Shown here in pieces: positions 17,074 to 27,098 of a stretch of DNA of 64,000 nucleotides. The stretch lies in the IMG/VR virus record IMGVR_UViG_3300017605_000880, positions 1-64,000 of that record; one strand, written 5' to 3'. The DNA comes from a virus. How positions within the stretch are numbered: position 1 is the first letter of the stretch; each line of letters opens with the position of its first letter. The position numbers and the translations under genes are program-made. Below the pieces are notes generated by a model that did not search any database, was not told the DNA's origin, and was given only the letters and a program-made list of their open reading frames with translations.

Positions 17074-17452
17074 CGAACACCCGCTGCAGTTCCTGGCCGA
17101 CCATGGTGCGGGCGAAGATCTCAACCCGGGGCCGTTGCAGTTCCTGGCCGACGCACTGCTTGCGAACGGGGTCAGCCGGTTCCACGCGGCGAACCTGGTC
17201 GCCGCTATGGCCGACACGCTCGAGGTCGAACGGAAAGCAGCCGATATGAACGCCTGGCGGCAATGCCGGGCCGAAGCCGACGCGTGGCGCGACGAACTGG
17301 CCGCCAGGATCGGCCGGTCCGAACAGCTGTATGGGGTGCAGATGGAAGCCGCCTGGGAGATGCACGACGTCATAGCGGCGGTCCGGGCGCGGGGGATGCG
17401 CGACGGGCTGGCTGTCGCGGCGGCGATCCTAGCAGAATCGAGGACCCAGTAA
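17066..17452 (+). CDS. hypothetical protein
   Basis: GGAGG SD, GTG start; coupled to neighbours. Confidence 0.55.
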   Translation: MPDEHPLQFLADHGAGEDLNPGPLQFLADALLANGVSRFHAANLVAAMADTLEVERKAADMNAWRQCRAEADAWRDELAARIGRSEQLYGVQMEAAWEMHDVIAAVRARGMRDGLAVAAAILAESRTQ

Positions 17453-17973
17453 TGCCCGGCTGGTGGGACCATCTGATGCACACTCCGATGCGCGAGCTTG
17501 CCTGGTACGACTGGATCGCCGCGATCGTGGTGATCGCGACGTTCCTCGCGGTCCCGATCGGCGCGACGATGGCCATCCAGCGCTGGCAGCGGCTGCGCCG
17601 GGGCAAGCCCACTCCGGAGCAGTTGATCGCCGCGATCAAAGCCGATTATGCCGGCCAGTGGGTAGCCATCCACGGCGGGCAGGTGTACACCGCCGCCGCG
17701 ACCGCCGCCGTGGCGTACGCCCGGGCGCAGCGGATACGACATGCCGGGACGATCGTCTATGTCCCCCGCCCGGAGGAGATCCCCCAATGGGCGGCGAGGT
17801 TCGACCGGGAAGGCAGGATCGGCCCGAACGACGAACACGCCACCCGCGAGGGCGCCGAGCGTTGGGCGCGGTCCTGCGCCCGATCGCGCGGCCCGGCAAC
17901 GTTGATGCAACGGGTGGACAGCCCGATGCACCTGGGCGGCACCTGGATTGAGATCGGACCGATCGGTGCCTGA
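17452..17973 (+). CDS. membrane-anchored hypothetical protein
   Basis: TAATG overlap; TM helix; YAGQWVAIHGGQV motif. Confidence 0.55.
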   Translation: MPGWWDHLMHTPMRELAWYDWIAAIVVIATFLAVPIGATMAIQRWQRLRRGKPTPEQLIAAIKADYAGQWVAIHGGQVYTAAATAAVAYARAQRIRHAGTIVYVPRPEEIPQWAARFDREGRIGPNDEHATREGAERWARSCARSRGPATLMQRVDSPMHLGGTWIEIGPIGA

Positions 17974-18162
17974 CGAGCAGGACGAGGACGGGATGTTGGT
18001 CCTGACCTTCCGCGACGGGGCAGGCCGGGAATGGCTCGCCGCCGCCGCTGTCGGCCCGCTGTCCCGCTACGAGGGCGCCGACCCCGTCCCGGTCGAGACC
18101 ATCCCGGTCGGGCTGTTGAAGGATCGCCCGTTCACCCTGTGCCGGATCACGGTGGTCGACCC

Positions 18163-18594
18163 ATGACCAGCGGGTGGCGGAGCGGGCTGTGGAGCCGCGA
18201 CCGGGAAGCCTACTGGGCCCTGGCCGCCTCCGCTGGACGTTGGCAACGGCGAGGCTGGAGACTGCAGGCCGGGCAGCACACGTGGTACCGCGCCGACAGC
18301 CGCCGCCGGTTCCGGGTGGTCGCAGCCGCAGCGAAGCTGCCCTACGGACGCGGGATGGGCAAACCCCACACCGACCGGACTGTGTCCCACGTCGCCGACC
18401 TGTGTCTGTTCGCGTGGGAACGGGGCCGGCTGGTCGGGACGATGGCGGTGTGGCTGTGCGGGGCGCACACCTCTGAGTTCGCCTTAGAGACCGAGATCCT
18501 GTCCCGTCCGTGCGGGTTGTGTTTCCTGCGCCGCGACGGGCTCGGGATCCTGATCCAGAACAGCGTCGTGTACATCGGAGGCGACCGTGGTTGA
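18163..18594 (+). CDS. hypothetical protein
   Basis: ATGA overlap; H...C...CxxC. Confidence 0.5.
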   Translation: MTSGWRSGLWSRDREAYWALAASAGRWQRRGWRLQAGQHTWYRADSRRRFRVVAAAAKLPYGRGMGKPHTDRTVSHVADLCLFAWERGRLVGTMAVWLCGAHTSEFALETEILSRPCGLCFLRRDGLGILIQNSVVYIGGDRG

Positions 18595-18808
18595 ACCGCG
18601 ACACCAATGTCCCGGGTTGTGCGGCAACACCGTCCCGAAGCATCTGCTGGCCTGCGGGCCGTGCTGGTGGCGTCTACCGGCGCAGTTGAAGCGGGCGGTC
18701 GGTCGGGCTTACCACCGCCGGGAGCACGATCCGATCGGGCACCAGGAGGCGGTCGCGGCAGCAGCAGACTGGTACCGGCAGCAGAAGGAGGGGACAGCGA
18801 ATGGGTGA
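18587..18808 (+). CDS. small Cys-rich protein
   Basis: CPGLC...CGPCWWRLP. Confidence 0.6.
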   Translation: MVEPRHQCPGLCGNTVPKHLLACGPCWWRLPAQLKRAVGRAYHRREHDPIGHQEAVAAAADWYRQQKEGTANG

Positions 18809-19574
18809 GGCTGAGGTCGATCTGGAGAAGGTAGAGGGCCGTCGGGCGCGGGCAGCTGCCTGGATGAACAACCAGGACCCGCCGGAGGGTGCGGGGGAAC
18901 GTGCGGCGTGGCTGGTGATCACTGGGGATGTCCCGGCGTTGATCGCCGAACTGGAGCAGATCCGGTACGCCCGGGACCAGCGGGTCGCGGAGGCCGAGCG
19001 GCTCGGCGAGAAAGCCAACGAACTGGTCCAGCGGGCGACCTTCGAACGGGAACGGGCCAACGAAGCCGCCCGGTTGAGCGCCGAAGCCCGCGACCAGGCC
19101 GACGACCTGCGCACGGAGATCGGGACGCTCCGTGAACAGATCGAGATCCTCGAGCAGGACCGGCTGGAACGGGACGCGTGGGCTGTCAACCTGTGCACCG
19201 AACTGGACCTATACAAACACCCGTACGAGGTGGCCAACGAGTTCGGCGCGATCGCGGCCCGGTTGCGCGGGTGCGAGCGGATGGCGGCGGAACATCACGC
19301 GGAGTTCAAACAGTTCGAACGGTTACGCGACGAGGCGATCGCCGAAGCGGAGGAGGTGATCCGGATCCTGCGCGAGGACCTACAACGGCACAGCGACGCC
19401 CGGATCACCGATACCCACGCCCGGATGCACGCCGAGCAAGTCCAGTTCACCCACTCCATGCTCGCCTACCCCCACCTGTTCCTGTGGCACGCCCTGTTCG
19501 ACGGGACCCCGCTGTGCCGGTGCTGGCACAGCCGCGAGATGAGAGGCGACCGCCGTGCGCTGGATGGTGGATGA
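18801..19574 (+). CDS. coiled-coil hypothetical protein
   Basis: GGAGGGG SD; DVPALIAELE motif; long coiled coil. Confidence 0.6.
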   Translation: MGEAEVDLEKVEGRRARAAAWMNNQDPPEGAGERAAWLVITGDVPALIAELEQIRYARDQRVAEAERLGEKANELVQRATFERERANEAARLSAEARDQADDLRTEIGTLREQIEILEQDRLERDAWAVNLCTELDLYKHPYEVANEFGAIAARLRGCERMAAEHHAEFKQFERLRDEAIAEAEEVIRILREDLQRHSDARITDTHARMHAEQVQFTHSMLAYPHLFLWHALFDGTPLCRCWHSREMRGDRRALDGG

Positions 19575-19631
19575 ATCGAACCTATCCCCCCGCCCCATCC
19601 GGCACCACCGAACCGATCGAGACCGAGGAGC

Positions 19632-20327
19632 ATGGCAATGGCTGACCTGCCCGATGAGGTGTACCTCAAGGCCGCCCGCTGGTACGACCACGCGATCAAC
19701 GCCGCGCTGCGCAACCCGCCCGGGGTGGTCCTCGGGCCGGAGAACCAGCAGAGGCTGGTCGAGATGCCGCATTTCCGGGCGGCGGTCGAATCCGCCTACG
19801 GGGATGGGCACCGGGCCAGTCTCGAGCCCCAACCGGACAACCCGCTGTACCAGGATCTGCGGCAGGCGTTGAACCGCAACAGCGCCGAGAACGGCAGCAA
19901 CACCCCCGACTACGTCCTGGCCGATTTCCTGATGCAATCCCTGCGCACGTTCGACTACGCCGTACGGTACCGGGCGTCCGCGACCCAGCTGTGGGACGGA
20001 CGGATGGACCCCGGGTCGACCCTGTTCAAGCAGCAGTCCAACCCCGATGACCTGGCCCCGGCCGTCCCGGGGCTCCAGACGCTGCTCGAGCAGCACACCA
20101 AGGCGATGGAGGAGCTGCTGCTGAGGGCAGTGTGCGCGGTGTGCGGCGACCCTGCGGTCGCGCTGTGGCAGGTCAAGCCGGCGCAATTCTCGGTGCACCG
20201 GGATGTGGAGGATAATCCGACGATGAAGATCCTGGAGGAGGTTCGCCCGTTGTGCGCCGCCCACCACCCGGACGCACCGGAGCCGGCCGTCCCGTCCGAC
20301 CCGTACCTGTGGGAGTCGGGGACGTGA
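19632..20327 (+). CDS. hypothetical multidomain phage protein
   Basis: GAGGAG SD; contains the recurrent phage domain LNRNSAENGSNTPDYVLADFL. Confidence 0.65.
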   Translation: MAMADLPDEVYLKAARWYDHAINAALRNPPGVVLGPENQQRLVEMPHFRAAVESAYGDGHRASLEPQPDNPLYQDLRQALNRNSAENGSNTPDYVLADFLMQSLRTFDYAVRYRASATQLWDGRMDPGSTLFKQQSNPDDLAPAVPGLQTLLEQHTKAMEELLLRAVCAVCGDPAVALWQVKPAQFSVHRDVEDNPTMKILEEVRPLCAAHHPDAPEPAVPSDPYLWESGT

Positions 20328-20597
20328 TCCTGTCCTGGGTCTTGGAGGCCGCCCTGGTCGTCGCCTCTGCCTGCCTGGGCGGGTTGATCCGCACCTGGTG
20401 GTACGAGAACATGGAGGGACACGAGTGAGAATCCCCGAGGGTGTGTACGTCGAAGCCAACCGGGCCCGCAACAGCGAAGTGCACGGGCTGAACAGCGGCG
20501 GGCTGGAACGTCTGATCGTCATCGGCGCCCGGGAGCGCGGATTCCGCGCCGCAGTCGCCGCCGCCTACCGCGCCGGCCAAGCCAGTACAATGGGTGG

Positions 20598-21518
20598 ATG
20601 CACCCACACGTGTGGAACCCCCGGCTGCACCCCCGCGATCGGATCGGCCAGTTCACCGACACCCCCGGCAGCGGATCGTGGCTCTCCCGGGCTGCCGAGC
20701 AGGCCCGGCGCGGGTTCACCGACGCCGAGCTTGCCCAACGCGAGCAGGACGTCAACGACCTGATCGCCGGGAGCCGTCATCTGGACACCCATCGGGTGCA
20801 CAAACCGAACGGGCGGTGGTCCGACGAGCGGGCCGCCGCCCACCGGGAGATCCTGGACAGGGTGTGGGCGGAGAAGGCCACCCGGGTGCCGAACCAACAC
20901 CGCGCGGTGATGACCGGCGGGTTGATGGGCGCTGGGAAGACCACCGTCCTGGCCGGACACCCGGAGATTGACATGTCCGACTACCTGATGGTGTCGGCCG
21001 ACGATATGAAAGAGGAGATCATCCGCCACGGTCTGGTCCCGCAGATCCCGGGCGCGGAGCACCTGTCGCCGATGGAGCTGTCGGCGATGTACCACGTCGA
21101 ATCGGCCTACTTGGCGGATGCACTGGCAGAGCGGGCGTACGCCGAGGGGAAGAACGTGATCCTCGACGCGTCGATGGGCGACCGGACTGCGCCTGCAGCG
21201 CGGCTGGCTCGGCTGCGCGATATGGGCTACCAGGTCCGGGGGGTGTTCGTCGACATCCCGGTCGAGACGAGCCTGGAGCGGGCGTCGGCCCGGTACCGCT
21301 CGGGGATGCAGCAGTGGGGCAGCGGGGCGGGTCCCGGCGGGCGGACGATCCCTCCGGCGTTGATCGAGGGGCAACGCGGCCCGGGTGGAATGACCAAGAA
21401 CCGGGTCGTGTTCGACCAGCTGCGCGAGGAGGGTCTGTTCGGGGCGGGGTGGGAGGTGCACGACAACACCGGGTCGGCGCCGGTCCTACTGAAACGCGGA
21501 GGGGGAATACAGACGTGA
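20598..21518 (+). CDS. zeta-toxin-family P-loop kinase with N-terminal HPR tag
   Basis: WNPRLHPRDRIGQFTD tag; GGLMGAGKTT, SADDMKE, NVILDASM, GYQVRGVFVD, SLERASARY; TACAAT -10 box at 20586-20591. Confidence 0.8.
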   Translation: MHPHVWNPRLHPRDRIGQFTDTPGSGSWLSRAAEQARRGFTDAELAQREQDVNDLIAGSRHLDTHRVHKPNGRWSDERAAAHREILDRVWAEKATRVPNQHRAVMTGGLMGAGKTTVLAGHPEIDMSDYLMVSADDMKEEIIRHGLVPQIPGAEHLSPMELSAMYHVESAYLADALAERAYAEGKNVILDASMGDRTAPAARLARLRDMGYQVRGVFVDIPVETSLERASARYRSGMQQWGSGAGPGGRTIPPALIEGQRGPGGMTKNRVVFDQLREEGLFGAGWEVHDNTGSAPVLLKRGGGIQT

Positions 21519-21551
21519 CACGGGGTGTTGCACTTAGAGAAGGAGTGTCGC

Positions 21552-21818
21552 ATGGGCAGCAGCAGGACGGTGCAGCAACTGGTCGAGGACCTCGCATCTG
21601 GCAGGATCAACCTGGACCTGGCGGTGAGGGATTTTGGGACCCGCCGCTGGCCCGGCCCCGCCCCCGAGACCGCGCAGCAACGCCACGGGGTGCACGACGC
21701 GGACCTGCCCGACCCGAACAGTATCGATTGGGTGCAGATGCACCCCGGGCTGTCGGAGCAGCAACGCCGCGCGCTGCTGCGCGTGTACGACCAACGCACG
21801 TCCCGCTCTGGGCGCTGA
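21552..21818 (+). CDS. small protein, candidate antitoxin
   Basis: AAGGAG SD; directly downstream of zeta toxin gene. Confidence 0.6.
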   Translation: MGSSRTVQQLVEDLASGRINLDLAVRDFGTRRWPGPAPETAQQRHGVHDADLPDPNSIDWVQMHPGLSEQQRRALLRVYDQRTSRSGR

Positions 21819-21980
21819 TCGCGGTCCGCGAGCTGTGCTTCGCGGTGATGGTCGCCTCGTGCGGGTGGCTGGCGGTGTACGCGGTTTGGCCGTGGTCCCC
21901 GTTGCCGGCGCTGTTGGTGTTGTGGCTGGGGTCGCAGCTGGTGCCGTGGTTCCGCCAGCTGTCCCACCCCCGCCCCCGAG

Positions 21981-22010
21981 TTGCACACCGGGTGTCACCT
22001 GTGGTACAAT
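21981..22010 (+). promoter_or_regulatory. promoter copy 1 (TTGCAC-N18-TACAAT) containing GTGTCAC box
   Basis: 21-bp GGGTGTCACCTGTGGTACAAT (21990-22010) identical to 22523-22543. Confidence 0.75.
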
Positions 22011-22046
22011 AGTGGGGCAAGGGACAACTACAGAGAGGACCCTGCG

Positions 22047-22433
22047 ATGAATGACAGCATCACCACCGCGACCGACGCGGAGGACGAGGCCACCATCGCC
22101 CAGGCCCACCAGGACCTGAGTGAGACCCTCGCCGCCGAGGACGCGGACTGGGACGCCAGGCAGGCCGCCCCCGACGCCACCTCGCCCGAGTACCGGGCAG
22201 GCTGGGCCACCGAGGACGCCCGCCAGCGGGGCGAGGACGGCGCCGCCGCCCCCGCCGACGAGATGAGCGCCTTCACCGGCCGGCTCGCCGACTGGCTGCG
22301 CAGCCAGCCCGACGTCGCTGAGGTGGACGTGGTCGCCGACGGCGGCAACGACAGCCAGGCTCTCAGCACGATCCTCGGGTTCAGCCTCGCCGGTGTCGGC
22401 GGGGTCAGCCTGGGGATGAACCCCACCCCGTGA
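22047..22433 (+). CDS. acidic hypothetical protein (moron-like)
   Basis: Own promoter, GAGG SD, followed by GC hairpin. Confidence 0.65.
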   Translation: MNDSITTATDAEDEATIAQAHQDLSETLAAEDADWDARQAAPDATSPEYRAGWATEDARQRGEDGAAAPADEMSAFTGRLADWLRSQPDVAEVDVVADGGNDSQALSTILGFSLAGVGGVSLGMNPTP

Positions 22434-22456
22434 CCTTGTTCCCTCTCTGATGGGCC

Positions 22457-22489
22457 CGGCCCCCCGGCGCGACGACGCCCGGGGGGCCG
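22457..22489 (+). terminator. GC-rich hairpin terminator
   Basis: GGCCCCCCGGCG...CGCCCGGGGGGCC inverted repeat after the stop. Confidence 0.55.
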
Positions 22490-22513
22490 GTGCTTGTCCG
22501 GGGCCACGCGCGG

Positions 22514-22543
22514 TTGCACCGAGGGTGTCACCTGTGGTACAAT
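22514..22543 (+). promoter_or_regulatory. promoter copy 2 (TTGCAC-N18-TACAAT)
   Basis: Exact 21-bp repeat of copy 1. Confidence 0.75.
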
Positions 22544-22602
22544 GGAGGTGTCCGGCCGGACGTCGGCCGGGCGGGTTGACAACTCCAGAGAGGGAGAACA
22601 GG

Positions 22603-23022
22603 ATGTCGGAGACAGTGGCACAGGGCGTCACCGAACAGGGCCGCGACTGGAAGATCATCCAGGGCGTCAAGCCGGAAAACGGAGGCTACCGCGACCACGT
22701 CTGGCAGGAGTTCGCCGGGCTGGCCATCGAGATGGGCGGCTACAGCGACCTGACTGCCATCGACCCCTACAGCGGGCGCAGGCTCTGGCTGTCCAGCGCG
22801 TTCAAGTGCGACACGCACACGGCGATGCTGAGCGCGGCCAAGCCGGGCGAGGAGGCCATCGAGGTCTACCGGTTGTCGCACGAGTGCGGCGACTGCGGCG
22901 ACTCGGTCTTCGCAGCGCTCCGGCGGCTGGTGGACGCGATGGAGGCCATCGGGTTCCCGGAGGGATTCCGGGACGAGGCCCAGGCTGCCGGGGTCGTCGT
23001 CCCCACGGCCCACGACCGCTGA
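22603..23022 (+). CDS. hypothetical protein (moron-like)
   Basis: GAGGGAG SD; own promoter and terminator. Confidence 0.65.
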   Translation: MSETVAQGVTEQGRDWKIIQGVKPENGGYRDHVWQEFAGLAIEMGGYSDLTAIDPYSGRRLWLSSAFKCDTHTAMLSAAKPGEEAIEVYRLSHECGDCGDSVFAALRRLVDAMEAIGFPEGFRDEAQAAGVVVPTAHDR

Positions 23023-23034
23023 CCAACCCAACAC

Positions 23035-23063
23035 GACGCCCCCCGGCAACCCCGGGGGGCGTC
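23035..23063 (+). terminator. hairpin terminator
   Basis: GACGCCCCCCGG caacc CCGGGGGGCGTC perfect inverted repeat. Confidence 0.65.
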
Positions 23064-23263
23064 GCCTTATACCTTGCCGACGTGCTCGATCAACACCGCG
23101 ATCACAAACGAGCAGAACCCGCCCCAACCGAACCGCTCCGGGATGATCCCAAACGCGGCCAGCCCCGACAGGACCGCCGCCAACAGCAGGAACAGCAAAA
23201 CCAACACGGTTGCCATACCGGGTGTTTACCCGCCGCGACCCTCGAGCATGCTACGCTCCCCAG

Positions 23264-23539
23264 ATGACTGACAACGTGACACAGCCCGCGCGGCCCGCCC
23301 GGCACTTCTCGGTCGAGGAGAAACTGCGCTGGCTCGAACCCAACCCGAACCTGCCGCCGCACCTGCACGTGATCGCCGCGCAGTTCCAGGCCCTGGCCAT
23401 GGCGTTGCTGCGGCAGGTCGAGGACAGCCCGCAGCTGACCCTCGCGTTGCAGCACCTGATCGACGCCAAAGACTGCGCCGTCCGAGCGAAGATCGCCGAA
23501 CAGCCGCACGTGCTACCCTCGGACCTGGGGTCGCGATGA
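23264..23539 (+). CDS. small helical-hairpin protein, possibly Acb2/Tad1-like
   Basis: LPPHL..IAAQFQALA...SPQLTLALQHLIDAKDCAVRA; TACGCT -10 box 6 nt before ATG. Confidence 0.55.
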   Translation: MTDNVTQPARPARHFSVEEKLRWLEPNPNLPPHLHVIAAQFQALAMALLRQVEDSPQLTLALQHLIDAKDCAVRAKIAEQPHVLPSDLGSR

Positions 23540-23561
23540 CCCCTGGATAGGGAGAGTCGAG

Positions 23562-24092
23562 ATGACCAAACCCGCCGAAGGTAAACGGCTAAGCGGCAAC
23601 CCCGTCGGGATCCGGGTCAGTCCCAACAAGGACAGCCTCATCGCCCGCCGGATCCGCGCCGTCGAACTGCGCGTCCAAGGCATGACCCTCAACGAGGTCT
23701 CCAAAGCCACCGGCGTCAACCCCCGGACCGTCCGGATCGACATCGACACGGTGTTGCGTGAGCGGGACGCCGCGACCATCCCGCTGCTGCGCGCGTTGGA
23801 AGAGGAACGGCTGGATCTGGCCGTCCGGACCGCTGCGAAGATCATCGAAGACCACCCCGGGACTGAACTGGCGTTGAAAGCCGTCGACCGGCTGATCCGG
23901 GCGTCGGCCCGCCGCGCCGGGCTGCTCGGGTTGGACGCCCCGGTCGAGTTGAACATCCGCAGCACCGAGGTGACCCAGGCGGATCTGGAGTTGGAGGAGC
24001 TGATCCGGGAGGCGCAGACCCGCAACGCGACCACCCTCGAGCAGCTGTTAGCGCAGGCAACCGGCGATGACCCAAACCCTGCCGCAGCTTGA
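23562..24092 (+). CDS. terminase small subunit (HTH)
   Basis: AVELRVQGMTLNEVSKATGVNPRTV HTH; RRAGLLGLDAP; overlaps large terminase. Confidence 0.75.
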   Translation: MTKPAEGKRLSGNPVGIRVSPNKDSLIARRIRAVELRVQGMTLNEVSKATGVNPRTVRIDIDTVLRERDAATIPLLRALEEERLDLAVRTAAKIIEDHPGTELALKAVDRLIRASARRAGLLGLDAPVELNIRSTEVTQADLELEELIREAQTRNATTLEQLLAQATGDDPNPAAA

Positions 24093-25680
24093 GCTTGACG
24101 CCCCCCCGTCGCCCTGGATCACCGACCCGTACCACTCTGAGGTCAACGCCGAGAACTTCGACCTGTACGGGTATCTGGCCCAGTTCGACCCCCGGCTGTT
24201 CACCCACAGCCGAGGCAGGCGTGAGATCACCCGGTACGACCCGATCCTGTTCGCGATCGTCTACTTCCCGCACCACATCCGCACCGACGGGAGGATCTCG
24301 TTCGCCGACCCGCACTTCCAGTGGGCCGGCGCCGCCCGCCGGTGGGTCGTCCCTGCCGGGTTGAAACAAGACCGGCACGCCTACGTCGCCCCCCGCGACA
24401 CCGGCAAGTCGACGTGGTGGTTCCTGCTGCTGCCGATGTGGGCCGCCGCGCACGGACACATCAAGTTCGCTGCCGCGTTCGCCCACTCCGGCACCCAATC
24501 CGAAACCCACCTGCACGCGTTCCGGTCGGAGCTGGCCGAGAACCAACGGCTGCGGCAGGACTACCCCGACCTGTGCACCCCCGCCCGGAAGCCGAACGGG
24601 AAGACCACCGCCGACAACATCCAGATGCTGCGGACCCGGGGCGGGTTTGCGTTCGCCGCCCGTGGGGTTGATGCGGCGAACCTCGGGCTGAAGGAGAAAG
24701 ACACCCGCCCCGATCTGATCCTACTGGACGACGTCGAACCGGACGAGGCGAGTTACAGCCAGTACCAGATGGAGAAACGACGCGGGACCATCATCGAGGC
24801 GATCCTGCCGATGAACCTCCGCGCCCATGTCGTCCTGGTCGGTACCGTCACCATGCCCGGCAGTATCGTCCACCAGCTGGTCGCAGTCGCCCGGGGTGAC
24901 ACCGAGGTCGAAGGCTGGGTTGGGGAGGAGAACTTCGCTCCGCACCACGCCCTGCCGATCTGCCTACGTGATGACGGGACCGAACGCAGTATCTGGCCCG
25001 CGAAGTGGCCGCTCGAGTTCCTGCAGTCGATCCGCCGGACCCGGTCCTACCTGAAGAACTTCGCCAACGACCCGATGGGCACCGAAGGCGGGTATTGGAC
25101 GGTGGACGATTTCACCTACGGCGAGCTGGGCAACCCGACCCGCTGGTTCCTCGCGTTGGACCCGACGATCACCACGAAAACCCGATCCGACCCGGCCGGG
25201 GTGGCGGTCGTCTCCTACGCCCCCGGCTATGTGATCCCGTCCGAGGACCGGCGCAGGTTGCCAGTCAAGGTGCCGAGCCGGTGTTTGGTGGAGTTCGCGG
25301 CGGAGGTGAAGCTGGTCGGGGAGGGTCTGCGGCGGTACCTGTTGAAGGTCCTGCAGCGGTTCCCGAGGGTCAAGGCGATCATCGTCGAAGGCAACCAGGG
25401 CGGGGAGAACTGGCACGCGATCCTGCACGATATGCCGGTCCGGGTGATTGTGGTGTGGTCGGAGGAGAAGAAGGAGGTCCGGGCGGCGAACCTGCTGGAG
25501 CTGTACCAACACAACCCGCCGAGGGTCCTGCACCCCGAACCTGGGGCGGTGGTTGCGTTGGAGCAGCAGATGGCGTCGTTCCCCCGGGGCAAAGACGACA
25601 TGGTGGACGCGGTCGGGTCGGTCTGTCTGCGTGTCCTGGGGAAGCCGGCGAAGAAAGGCCAGACGTTCTTCCCGGTCTGA
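24067..25680 (+). CDS. terL: terminase large subunit
   Basis: Walker A APRDTGKST, Walker B LILLDD, VGT coupling motif, nuclease ALDP, VEGNQGG, KDDMVDA. Confidence 0.9.
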   Translation: MTQTLPQLELDAPPSPWITDPYHSEVNAENFDLYGYLAQFDPRLFTHSRGRREITRYDPILFAIVYFPHHIRTDGRISFADPHFQWAGAARRWVVPAGLKQDRHAYVAPRDTGKSTWWFLLLPMWAAAHGHIKFAAAFAHSGTQSETHLHAFRSELAENQRLRQDYPDLCTPARKPNGKTTADNIQMLRTRGGFAFAARGVDAANLGLKEKDTRPDLILLDDVEPDEASYSQYQMEKRRGTIIEAILPMNLRAHVVLVGTVTMPGSIVHQLVAVARGDTEVEGWVGEENFAPHHALPICLRDDGTERSIWPAKWPLEFLQSIRRTRSYLKNFANDPMGTEGGYWTVDDFTYGELGNPTRWFLALDPTITTKTRSDPAGVAVVSYAPGYVIPSEDRRRLPVKVPSRCLVEFAAEVKLVGEGLRRYLLKVLQRFPRVKAIIVEGNQGGENWHAILHDMPVRVIVVWSEEKKEVRAANLLELYQHNPPRVLHPEPGAVVALEQQMASFPRGKDDMVDAVGSVCLRVLGKPAKKGQTFFPV

Positions 25681-25692
25681 TACCCTCGACAG

Positions 25693-26253
25693 GTGGATTG
25701 GGACCCGGCGAAACACCCGCGCGACCCGGACGACGGGCGGTTCACAGACAGTTGGGTCGGGGCGGCGTTGCGTCGGATGCGGTTGCCCAGCTGGATCGAG
25801 AAGGTCACCCCGCAGCAAGCCGAGGCCATCCGCGCTGACCTTGCGGGGGAGGACAAGGCCAGGCGGTACATGCGGCTGGCGTTGACCGACACCGGCCACG
25901 GCGGGCAGTACGACGCCGTGACCCATGTGGCCCGTGATGAGCGTGGGCAGGTGGTCGCGGCGGTGTCGACCCGGGCCTACCAACAGTGGACGGAAGAGTC
26001 TGACAGCTTGGTCCCGCTGACCGGGATTGAGTATCTCGGGTCGGTCGCCCCGGGTGGTGGGACTGCGCTGGTGCGCAACACCGTCTTGCGGGCCTGGGAA
26101 GCCGGCCACGCCGGTGTCTACCTGGAACCGGGGGAAGGTTCGCTGGGGTTTTGGGAGAAGCTGGGGTTCGTACCTGACCCGCTCGAGTTCGGAACCGACG
26201 CCCATTACGGGTTGACTGCCGACCAGTTCGAGCAGTGGCTTGCCGAGCACTGA
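25693..26253 (+). CDS. HPR-tagged GNAT-like acetyltransferase
   Basis: MDWDPAKHPRDPDDGRFTD tag; IEYLGS...GGGTALV...SLGFWEKLGF. Confidence 0.7.
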   Translation: MDWDPAKHPRDPDDGRFTDSWVGAALRRMRLPSWIEKVTPQQAEAIRADLAGEDKARRYMRLALTDTGHGGQYDAVTHVARDERGQVVAAVSTRAYQQWTEESDSLVPLTGIEYLGSVAPGGGTALVRNTVLRAWEAGHAGVYLEPGEGSLGFWEKLGFVPDPLEFGTDAHYGLTADQFEQWLAEH

Positions 26254-26264
26254 GGAGCTGCACC

Positions 26265-27098
26265 TTGGATTGGGACCCGGCACGGCACCCCCGATGGCCC
26301 GCCGACGCGCCCGAACACCGGGGCGGGCAGTTCGCCGACAGCCCCCTCGCGAACGAGTACCGGGCGTTCCAAGCCGCCGGGCAGGTCTGGCTGCGCAGCC
26401 TTTCCCGACGGGCACACCCGAAAGGCCGTTGGAAACCCGGCCGGTGGGCCATGGTCGACCCGCAGGCGTACCACAAAGAACAGCTGGCGCACATCCGCGA
26501 CTCGTTCCTGCAGAACGGTGTGCACCCGCACCAGGCCCGGCAGATCACCCAGGAGATCGCCGACAGCACCACCCCGCCAGCAGTGGTCCTGCAGAACGGA
26601 CCACACCGGTTGGTGTTCCAAGCCGAACACAGCGACTACGGCGCGGTTACGGAGATGTTCGACCGGCTGCACCACGCCGCGCCGGTCTCCACCCCGGCCC
26701 GGCTGCTGTTCGCCCGCGACATCCCCGACCGGCACCACGGGACCACGTTGATGCCGTCCGCGACGGCGATGTTCGACATGAAGATCTTCCAACCGCCCAG
26801 CCAGACTGACGTCGAAACCTCGATGCCGTCAGCCGGGCGGGTCCCGTGGTGGCAGTATGTGATGGCCCACGAGTGGGGCCACGTCGTCGGCGGCGATAAC
26901 CGGCAGTTGGACCCGCCGATGCCGATGATGCAAGGACTGTCCGCCTACGTGTACCGGACGGATTGGGCGGACGAGGCCGAGCGGCGGCGGGAAGCCTACG
27001 CCGAGGCGTTCGCGGAGTGGTTCTTCGCCGACGGGCACCCCTCGATCGAGGCGGTCCGGGAGGCGGCGTTGGCGTTCAGATGGGAGTTCCCGGGATGA
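26265..27098 (+). CDS. HPR-tagged zincin metallopeptidase
   Basis: TTG start after GAGGAG; WDPARHPRWP...GGQFAD tag; HEWGH...LSAY...REAYAEAFAEW. Confidence 0.75.
   Translation: MDWDPARHPRWPADAPEHRGGQFADSPLANEYRAFQAAGQVWLRSLSRRAHPKGRWKPGRWAMVDPQAYHKEQLAHIRDSFLQNGVHPHQARQITQEIADSTTPPAVVLQNGPHRLVFQAEHSDYGAVTEMFDRLHHAAPVSTPARLLFARDIPDRHHGTTLMPSATAMFDMKIFQPPSQTDVETSMPSAGRVPWWQYVMAHEWGHVVGGDNRQLDPPMPMMQGLSAYVYRTDWADEAERRREAYAEAFAEWFFADGHPSIEAVREAALAFRWEFPG

Noticed and set aside
21990-22543. 21-bp direct repeats as CRISPR array or att sites
   Set aside because: Only two copies, about 530 bp apart, each matching a -35/-10 promoter; no cas or integrase genes in the window.
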